A stretch of 64,000 bases of DNA from Cenarchaeum sp. Lineage in GTDB: Archaea > Thermoproteota > Nitrososphaeria > Nitrososphaerales > Nitrosopumilaceae. The stretch is taken from NCBI GenBank assembly GCA_965242695.1, contig CBDESU010000002.1:1408001-1472000 (forward strand), read 5' to 3'. The position numbers and the translations under genes are program-made. The notes beneath the pieces were generated by a model that worked only from the letters and a program-made list of their open reading frames with translations, did no database searches and was not told the origin of the DNA. Below, in pieces: positions 20,801 to 28,300 of the stretch (position 1 is its first letter; each line of letters begins with the position of its first letter).

Positions 20801-22806
20801 TTACCGACAGGGGCACCGGCATGCCGTACGAGGGGGCGTTCAGCGTTGCGGTGGCTGCGGCGGAGCGGCGGGCCGCGGCCGCGGGCGCCGTCGACGTCGC
20901 CGTCGACGACGTCCGGATAGGCATCGTCGTAGAGATCGGCGATCCGAACGCGGACATTGCGCTGGACCGCCCCGCGCGCATACTGCTCGAGAACCAGCCT
21001 GCGCCGGCCGACGTGTACCACATGGACAGCGCCGGGATGGCGACCGGGATCGCCGAGTGCGGCGATGCGGCCGGCGGCCCAGAGGTATGGCTTGCCGCCA
21101 ACCGCGATGCATCGCCGTTCTGCCATACGGTGGAGGGCGGGGCGGCGGCCGCCGCCGCGGCCGGCATGGGCAACTATACGATCTACACGTACCGCCTTAG
21201 CGCGTTCTTCGTCGTAGGCGAGGATGCGGGAACGGGCGGCGGCGGCGGCGGCGACGGCCGGGCGCCCATGGTCTCCCGGGTCGCGGCGACGAGCGCCAAC
21301 GGGACGTACGGGCAGGGCGAGACGATCGGTATTGCGGTCGTGTTCACCGAGCCCGTCGACGTGACGGGCACGCCGCTGCTCGAGCTAGAGACGGGCGCCG
21401 TCGACCGCAACGCCACGTACGCCTCGTCCGAATCTGCGACCCTGATGTTCCGGTACGTGGTGCAGCAGGGCGACTCTGCGGCAGACCTGGGCTATACCGG
21501 CACGGATGCGCTGGCCCTCAACGGCGGGACCATACGCGATGGCAACGGCAGCGACGCGGACCTGGCCCTTCCGGCGCCGGGGACGGCCGGCTCGCTCTCG
21601 CACTCTGCCGACATTGCAATCGAGGCGCCGAACACCATGACGCAAAGGATGACCGCCAACCTGATCGCCGCACCGGTCGAGCGCATGCGGGAAGAGCAGG
21701 TCGTCGTGGCCGCGCCGGCCGCGCAGCCGTCGTTCATGCCGTTCGGCGGAGGCGGCGGAGGAGGGGGCCGCGGCGGCGGAGGCGGAGGCGGAGCGGCCAT
21801 GATGCCTGGCGCCGCCGGCCAGGCGATCCTGTACTCGGCCGCATGGGACTGCGACGAGGGGACGATCCGCATAACGGCCGGAGCCGAGCCGAGGGCCGAC
21901 GTCAGCGTAGTGTCGTCGGCCGGCACCGTCGAGGCGCAAGAGGCCGACGGGCCGCACCCGGCCGGCCGCACCGTCTACGAGGCGCCGCTCCCCGAGGATG
22001 CAATACTGTCGATCAGGGCCGCGGCGGTGGACGGCAGGACGATGTCGACGGCAACCGAGGCGGTGCGGACGGGAGGGCAGTGCACCGGCGAGGTGGTATT
22101 CAGGGCGTACGACGCGGCGGCGGACGCTCCGGCGGAAGCGCCGCGCGATGCGGCCGACCGGATGCCGCCGGCCGGCGATCCTGCGGCATCGGCAGAGCGG
22201 CTCGACGACGGCCGGCAGGAGCCGGCTGGCGAGGCTGCGCCGCCGGACGAGCGCCCCGGCATGCAGGCCGACGCGCCGCCGCCTCTGCCGGCCGACACGG
22301 GCGAGGATCTGCCCGATGCGCCGGGTGCCGACGAGCGGCCGCCGGATGCCGAGGCGACGGCCGCCGACGAGCCCGGTACGACGGCCGCCACGGCCGCCGA
22401 CGAGGGTGGCTGCCTGATCGCGACGGCCGCGTACGGGACGGAGATTGCGCCGCAGGTGCAGCACCTCCGCGAGGTTCGCGACTCTACGCTCTTGACGACA
22501 GAGTCTGGCAGGGCGTTCATGGCGGCGTTTGGCACCGCATACTATGCATTCTCGCCTCACGTGGCAGACCTGGAGCGCGAGCACCCCGCATTCAGGCAGG
22601 CCGTCGCGGCCCTGGTCGCGCCGATGCTGCTCGCGCTGCATGTCGTCGACTCGGCAGAGCCGGGCTCCGAGCACAGCGTCGTCGCGTACGGTGCGCTGGC
22701 CATATCGATGGTGGCGGGCATGTACGTCGCGGCGCCGGCCGCCGGCGCGTGGTATGCTGTGCGGCTGGCCCGCAACCGGGGCGGCCGCAAGGCCAGGGTC
22801 GACTAG
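14860..22806 (+). CDS. Giant cell-surface protein (2648 aa): signal peptide, 2x [YVTN-like beta-propeller + right-handed beta-helix], Ig-like module, Gly linker, CFI-box-CTERM anchor
   Basis: Hydrophobic N-terminus; duplicated YHVTR.L.VGD...propeller and I.NN.F/GI.L beta-helix blocks; GGCLIATAAYGTEIAPQVQHLREVRD plus C-terminal TM helix; many NxT/S sequons. Confidence 0.9.
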   Translation: MTGLPAAALVVVAALLAIAVAAAPGDAYAQGAHHPECDSGADRDCVYHVTRALHVGDKQPWIIKEDPSTGHVYVANKPHTRSIDSDYAHLRIYDSYENGHVLIKDVRFNGTNSRISDFEINNMTREIHVVHLWGVGDASLGWDGRQHKSDGRANLTTIAIGSYDVVETIELKHSEIIPGQSAIVNASRYSIWDVAVDERRDIAYVSSLHDWQGPVPNVSEWLGPILVVDTSDTTLLDTVVNHTVGSGQDGAWDAHDVAAPASAMAVDSDTGLVYAAARVGDQYGQQNPSAPNHSWGIALLSFHDGDGELTPNYQRLGFLNMTSNPHPSPGCSNNDYNNWPCYEDVRVSDLHLDKARSQLFALYANHTVWAFQLNGTGHPEAPVEINVRDTDTTPFHGEDRIHDMVLDAERGLLYVVRYDYTDPRVVVINATDKANYAEIGSASLTSQPVGIGFDPVGGTVYVLPQWSPHAYVIEAEPRSELQKRIDNASAGDTIVVPGGTYDDTVLDVTKPLTLTSGTGMPGDVVFTGYSRVEIEADDVTVRGLTFRDTDCLPGYGAPLIEIRTQHNADRSNLVIENNTFSNTCHPAIQKEGIADIVNIAIRNNVFENIGLNLPPGETEPLDTGGANEFQITHGAIGLAHHPGQGTVSGVIADNHISGTSAAGIRVFKADGLAITGNYIADTPSSAIGLAHAASNVLVANNTIVGANSEPDLDYLAGVNGSGIEGHYRFANLGDRTTDYLGFDPYMMGAEPASGRNVNEFARANIPWRNGTAVPSPDAAINIWSKATNITVTSNTISGSDGALTVCTGVCAYNSDGFVAPRGRTIAPIVGTGGIGGEINFTGNTIYAHTGPDNGGVQVRSYALGTIGAGGNTYVGCGMGGEPVRTAGNIDNGSRQYEDGGCAYHVTRTLGVGDIIPNMVRVDEETGNVYVANRPHLGTRDQDYSHLRIYDGDTAEMLGDIRFNGTNSRISDIEVSGGTAYVAHMWGIGDRSLGWDGRTWNGDGRMNLTAIGAVPDGGAHAVLGTVQLMHGDGAGGNVTRDVISDLAVDAYRGRAYVSTERAGPVLAVDVSDPGSMRLLLTSAGNASAGEWSPYHTAAPASALAVNNATGMVYASARVGDGDDSTLHSWGIATLDFGADGAFAPNYTRAHFLNMSANPAPDPAGRCGEDYNLFPCSGDVLVESLHLDEDRGKMFALYANHTIWAFEIGGAAGSPSGPAEVDVRQRDPAPGSYEDGYGRSLDHNQIRDIALDRTRGLLYASLYDFANPRVAVIDAGTHERVGLASTSSQTASLGVDARTGAVYALPQWTPNAYVIEAAPMPVLQAMIDGARPGSTIALLPGTHDDAILDVAKPLTLASASGVPGSVTFTGYSRIEVEADNTAIRGLAFTDTDCMPGLAASLVEIRTYGNDYTRSNVTVEDNTFSDTCHAAVQQEGVGRLDNVQVRGNTFERIGLKLADGRTQPIDTGGENEFQLFHGAIGLAHHPSQEPVSGAIADNRIVNTSAAGIRVFNADGMAITNNHVEGTPASGIGLAHGPSNAVVSGNTLVRTNSEPNLDYLDGIEGSGEPGYYGFINFDRPNPYAYLGMQKVRDGPPHAVPSPDAAINVWAGAVNVSVTGNTIRDSDGAFTVCTGVCAFESDGPVRDNPRNVPANTVAVTGQVRFTGNTIYAHTGPDNGGILVRSHALGTLDATGNTLVGANASGAAAGMVRLDADSAPVGAAAVAAFVSPNHILAVYDAPLGPPAGHTGPVYGSVMGPGGLDEEAATASGLYTTMHTIEIGGGGVGEMQSATISLNADLEGVDRGGTHYVFRNDSMPVGAISTNVAVVEAALTSPDTARIVYGAPLEAAASDYAGLRVGPSNATAAVTGVEGSGTAAHTVSFETEYAVTAATAGYIDIAPLALLPEGNLFAGADGMAVGSGEGEGMDAVAPPGSPPIVIEQDTFVASVRGTDSAAIRVPGGTTPAANFTVSTETATVMLAPRTNITDRGTGMPYEGAFSVAVAAAERRAAAAGAVDVAVDDVRIGIVVEIGDPNADIALDRPARILLENQPAPADVYHMDSAGMATGIAECGDAAGGPEVWLAANRDASPFCHTVEGGAAAAAAAGMGNYTIYTYRLSAFFVVGEDAGTGGGGGGDGRAPMVSRVAATSANGTYGQGETIGIAVVFTEPVDVTGTPLLELETGAVDRNATYASSESATLMFRYVVQQGDSAADLGYTGTDALALNGGTIRDGNGSDADLALPAPGTAGSLSHSADIAIEAPNTMTQRMTANLIAAPVERMREEQVVVAAPAAQPSFMPFGGGGGGGGRGGGGGGGAAMMPGAAGQAILYSAAWDCDEGTIRITAGAEPRADVSVVSSAGTVEAQEADGPHPAGRTVYEAPLPEDAILSIRAAAVDGRTMSTATEAVRTGGQCTGEVVFRAYDAAADAPAEAPRDAADRMPPAGDPAASAERLDDGRQEPAGEAAPPDERPGMQADAPPPLPADTGEDLPDAPGADERPPDAEATAADEPGTTAATAADEGGCLIATAAYGTEIAPQVQHLREVRDSTLLTTESGRAFMAAFGTAYYAFSPHVADLEREHPAFRQAVAALVAPMLLALHVVDSAEPGSEHSVVAYGALAISMVAGMYVAAPAAGAWYAVRLARNRGGRKARVD

Positions 22807-25319
22807 CCATTTGGACGGGGCGGCCGCGACAAGCGCGCCGCGTTGCACAGGCAGCCGTGGGGCGGGGGCCGAGCCGCCTGAACGCGCTGCCTGCGCGCAG
22901 TGGAAGATCTCCATCCCTGAAAGGCCCGCGCCTATCGCAGGCCTCCTGCGCACTCTGCCATGCATGGCCCTATGATGGGGCAGGCCGGCAGGCGGCAGAA
23001 GGCAACGCGAACCCACACGGCCCCCAGTCTTTGACAGCGGTGGCATGTCGTTGTCGCGTAGGTTGATCTTGACAGGCTGAGATCGGCCGAACCTTGTGTA
23101 CTAGCTCTTGCTATATGGCCGCACTGCCCGCGCACATCCTTTTGACATGGTCCGATCCGCAGGCTGCGCACGCACCTTGGAGCCGGGCAGGGATTGCCTA
23201 GCCGGCATGGCCGGATGTGCCCCTGACGCCGGGCGAGGGATCGGGCTGCGCGGCGTATGGCCCTGCTGCAAGGCGGCCGTCATGCGCCCCGTCTTGGCCC
23301 CGGATGCCAGCTCGCCGCGGCCCCGCCGGCGGGGCCGCGTCGTCGCCGGCGGCGCATGCGCCGCTTCCCCTCCCCGCCGCCCCGCCGTCGCAAAAAACTG
23401 ACCACTGTTCCCGTACTCCTGCCGGCATCTTCCGAGGCGGCCCGCGTAGTGGACAGCGAAGGCGGCCTTCGTTGCCATGGGTGCGGGATGGGTGAGGGAA
23501 GGAGGGAACTGGGACAGGCGCTGCCAAGGCGGCCCTGTCCCTGCGGATGCGCGGCTATTGGAAGCACTGTTTCGCTACTGTTCATGGCGCGGCGCCGACA
23601 CGGCCTGTCCCTGCGGATGCGCGGCTCCTGAAAGTGTGGGGAGGGGAAACGAGGGCGGCGCTACCGGGCCTCGCGACGCCCATTGCCGTGACGCCCCCGC
23701 GCAGTTGCCCGCCGCGGCGGAACTGTCGCCCCTCCGAGTTTTTTCGCAGGCGCCGTAGGCGCACCTGCCTCTGCGCAGCGGGTGACAAGATTGCCGGGTC
23801 CCGTCGACCCTTGGCTGTGCGAACTACGCGGCGGGCGATGCAGTACCACGGGGCCCTCCGGACTTGTGTCCTGCGCTCTACGATGTGGCCGCTGTGCAAG
23901 AGGGAGGGGGTGGGCAGGCGGGTGCACCCCGTCGGCCCTGTGCGCGTGCGGCACGCCGGACGCGGGCCGCGCCGGCTAGAGCGCTCAGCCGGGCCAGAAA
24001 GCGGGGCGGTTCCAGCAGACCGGGCGTGGGCCGCTGGGCCGCGGCGCCGCCGCGGCCGTCCACCCCGCTGATCGCCGCGGCACAACGCGGCCGCATATTC
24101 CGTATCCGGCGCCGCGATGCGAGAGTGCAACGCGCACGCATGCGGACTTTCTCGCGCAGGCGGACGCAGCTGGCGGCAGCGGAGAGGGGCGGGGAGGCCG
24201 CACCGCGGCACCTCCACACCATGATTCCATATCGTTGCAAAATAGGAGTTTCGCAGAAGCCTGTGCCGATATAATCGGCGGTTCATCGATCGTAAGGAGC
24301 GCACGGGCGGGACCGAACGAGCCGATATATGCGCACGACGACGATGCCCGGAAGACAGCCGCTTGGGCGGTGCAACTGCAGGTTGCACCCCCTGCGATCT
24401 ATTCTAGGGCGAGGCGCCGCCGGGCGCCAGATCGGGATATTCGACCCTGGCCTGTCGCCGCCCCGCAATCCCTCTCGATGTCCAGACATGGCATTCCTGC
24501 GGATGCCTCGCACCCGCTTCAGATTCGGTGTCGTCCGCGCCGTCGGGGCGCCGCAGCGCGCACACTGCGGATGTCCGACCGCACGGAGCGGCACACCGGG
24601 ATCGCGCGGTGCCGCACCGCGCGGCACGCGGCAGGGCGGCTCCTGTCAACACCGCGACGAAGCGCGAAAAAGTGCAACAGTCCACGACACGTATGCGGCG
24701 CAAGGTCTGACCGGAACACTGCGGCGCCAAGTGTCGCCTGGCTTGGCATGGCGGCCGGCAACGGGTGCGAGACTGCCCGGGGGACTGTACGGCGGCAGTG
24801 CAGGAGCCGGCCGCCGCCGAGCCGACTCGTCCATGGCCCATCCAGATTGCGGCGGCACCGGGGCGGCAGGCCGCCGCCTGTGCGGCTGTCCAACTCGTAC
24901 TGTACAGGGGGACGGCATTGCGCCACTTGCACTGCGCCGCCGCGCCGCCGCGCCAAGCGCATGCTGTATGTCCTACCAGGCTCCGACCGGCAAGAGGGAC
25001 AGGGGTGCTAGGGGCAGCGTACTGCGGCTGCCTGGCCACTGCAGTACGCCGGCGCGCCTGGTAGCACCGAAGTGGAGGCGGCTAGGGACAGTGCAATGTG
25101 GCTACCTGGCCCCAGTGCCGGCCGCAACTGTGCGTCCCTTGGCAATCTCCTGCCCTCAACCATGCCACGCCTGCACAGCTGGATGAACGCCATGGACAAA
25201 TCTGCGCACATAAAGAAAATTTATGGGGAAAATGGTACAATTTCGGCTAAAATCCTGGCAACGATCACGATGCGCCGCTGGACGGTTAACCTTATATCCG
25301 CCCCCTTCGGCGCGCCCGC

Positions 25320-28300
25320 GTGAACTGCGAGCCAAGCCGTATTTGCGACGTAGCGTCCCCGCCTTCTGTCACCTGCATGCATGGTGCGAAGAGTAGAGCC
25401 CCTGTAGCACCGGCAGCAATGGCGACTGGCACTGCCTCGCGGAGCCGAACATGGGGGCGCCCGGCTGTGGCACTGTCGGCCTTTGCAGTTCTGGCGATTG
25501 CCGTGTCGGCCGCGGCCCTTGTTCCCCTTGCCTACCACGGCGGCGAGTCCATGCCGTACGCGCTGGCGGCGGATATCTTTGGCGATGCAGTTAGTGTCCT
25601 GTCGTCCACGCCCGTACAGGGCCCGGCGGCACTACAGTTGCCGGCGGCCCATGCTGAACACATGACTCCGTCGTCGCCTGATGTCCTGTCTATGGTCGCT
25701 GGCGCTGCCGCCATTGAAGGACAAGGCGCCCATGCGGGACTTGCTAATGCCAGCGATGTAGACGTAGTGGTGGCGGACGGCCGCACGTATGCAGTTGCTA
25801 GCGCCTACGACGCTGGCAAAGTCTCGCTGATCCGGATATACGACGACGGCACAATGGCTGCGGCGGATTCGCTATCTGAAGCCACGGACAGCACCCTTGT
25901 ACTGTCCGAGGCATCGGGACTTGAGGCGTTTAACGTGGGCGACAAGGCGTACGCGATTGTGGCCGCACGCACTGACCACGGTGTTCAGCTGATCCGCATA
26001 GACGGGGAAAACGGCACGCTAGTGCCAGTCGACAACGCAGTGAACGGCACGACGACGGCTGATAGCAAGACGTTTGACACTTTGTCTGGGGCCGTTGATG
26101 TCGATGTTGTGTCTGTAAATTCCACCCACACGTATGCATTGGTAGCTGCGGCCACTGATGATGGTATTCAAGTGATACGGATAGTAAACGAAACGCTCGT
26201 GCCCGTCCACTCGGTAAGAGACGGCGATGCCAATCTTGACAGGCTCAACATCGAGTATGGTGTAATCGACGCATTCCGCATGGACTCTGCATTCTATGCC
26301 ATTGTCGCGGCAGACGGGGAGAATGGCGTCAATCTTGTACGGATATTGGAGAACGGAACCCTCAGGGGGGTCGATTCGGCTGTTGACGGCGTTGGCGGAT
26401 ACGACAATCTTGGCAAGGTGGCGGGTGTAAGCGCCTTTACCGCGCCGAACGGAACCATGTTTGCCATTACAAGCTCGGATACTGGCCCCGCCGATGACAT
26501 CCAGCTAATCAGAATAAATGCAACAGGCATGACTCCTGTCAACTCTGCCCGGATCGGCTTCGAGCTTATGGAGCAAAGCTATGACATCAAGGCCTTTGCT
26601 GTGGGAGACGATCGGTATGCCGCCGTGGCCACGTATAACCGGGGTGCAGTCCAGTTGATCCAAATACACACGAACGGTACGCTAGAACAGGTTGACATTG
26701 CCAGAGATGACCCCAACGAGGGGTATTACTTGGGTGGTGTCTATGGAATAAACCAGTTCGAGCTGGGCGGCTCCACGTACGTGATCACCGCATCGGACGG
26801 CGACGACGCTATCCAGTTAATCTTGGTGAAAAACAGAACACTCACTGCTGGCGCTGCCGCCATTGAAGGACAAGGCGCCCATGCGGGACTTGTTGATGCC
26901 AGCGATGTAGACGTAGTGGTGGCGGACGGCCGCACGTATGCAGTTGCTAGCGCCTACGACGCTGGCAAAGTCTCGCTGATCCGGATATACGACGACGGCA
27001 CAATGGCTGCGGCGGATTCGCTATCTGAAGCCACGGACAGCACCCTTGTACTGTCCGAGGCATCGGGACTTGAGGCGTTTAACGTGGGCGACAAGGCGTA
27101 CGCGATTGTGGCCGCACGCACTGACCACGGTGTTCAGCTGATCCGCATAGACGGGGAAAACGGCACGCTAGTGCCAGTCGACAACGCAGTGAACGGCACG
27201 ACGACGGCTGATAGCAAGACGTTTGACACTTTGTCTGGGGCCGTTGATGTCGATGTTGTGTCTGTAAATTCCACCCACACGTATGCATTGGTAGCTGCGG
27301 CCACTGATGATGGTATTCAAGTGATACGGATAGTAAACGAAACGCTCGTGCCCGTCCACTCGGTAAGAGACGGCGATGCCAATCTTGACAGGCTCAACAT
27401 CGAGTATGGCGTAATCGACGCATTCCGCATGGACTCTGCATTCTATGCCATTGTCGCGGCAGACGGGGAGAATGGCGTCAATCTTGTACGGATATTGGAG
27501 AACGGAACCCTCAGGGGGGTCGATTCGGCTGTTGACGGCGTTGGCGGATACGACAATCTTGACAAGGTGGCGGGTGTAAGCGCCTTTACCGCGCCGAACG
27601 GAACCATGTTTGCCATTACAAGCTCGGATACTGGCCCCGCCGATGACATCCAGCTAATCAGAATAAATGCAACAGGCATGACTCCTGTCAACTCTGCCCG
27701 GATCGGCTTCGAGCTTATGGAGCGAAGCTTTGACATCAAGGCCTTTGCTGTGGGAGACGATCGGTATGCCGCCGTGGCCACGTACGACCGGGATGCAGTC
27801 CAGTTGATCCAAATACACACGAACGGTACGCTAGAACAGGTTGACATTGCCAGAGATGACTCCAACGAGGGGTATTACTTGGCTGCTGTCTATGGAATAA
27901 ACCAGTTCGAGCTGGGCGGCTCCACGTACGTGATCACCGCATCGGACAACAGCGACGCCGTCCAACTGATACGTATGAATTCGCCCTCCTTAAAGGTAAC
28001 CCATGTCCGCTCTGATGACGCGGATGCAACGTACGAGGCGGGCAGGAACATTGACATTGCGATTCACTTCACCTATCCCGTCAATGTTGCGGGACAGCTT
28101 GAACTAAAGCTGAACAGCGGCGGCAACGCCTCGTACATGGGCGGCACGGGCACCGACAAGCTGACGTTCCGCTACACGGTGGGCACCGGCGAGAGCGCGG
28201 AGAATCTGGACTACACAGGGACGGACGCCCTGTCTGGCACCGGCACGATCGTCGGCGCCACGGGCTCGAATGCTGGGCGCCAGGCCGACCTGACCCTCCC

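Noticed and set aside
23534-23626. 23-bp direct repeat (cctgtccctgcggatgcgcggct) with 70-bp period, CRISPR-like spacing
   Set aside because: Only two copies, no leader and no cas genes.
25698-27965. Diversity-generating retroelement TR/VR pair
   Set aside because: Differences are not adenine-specific, both copies are in-frame coding, and there is no reverse transcriptase in the window.
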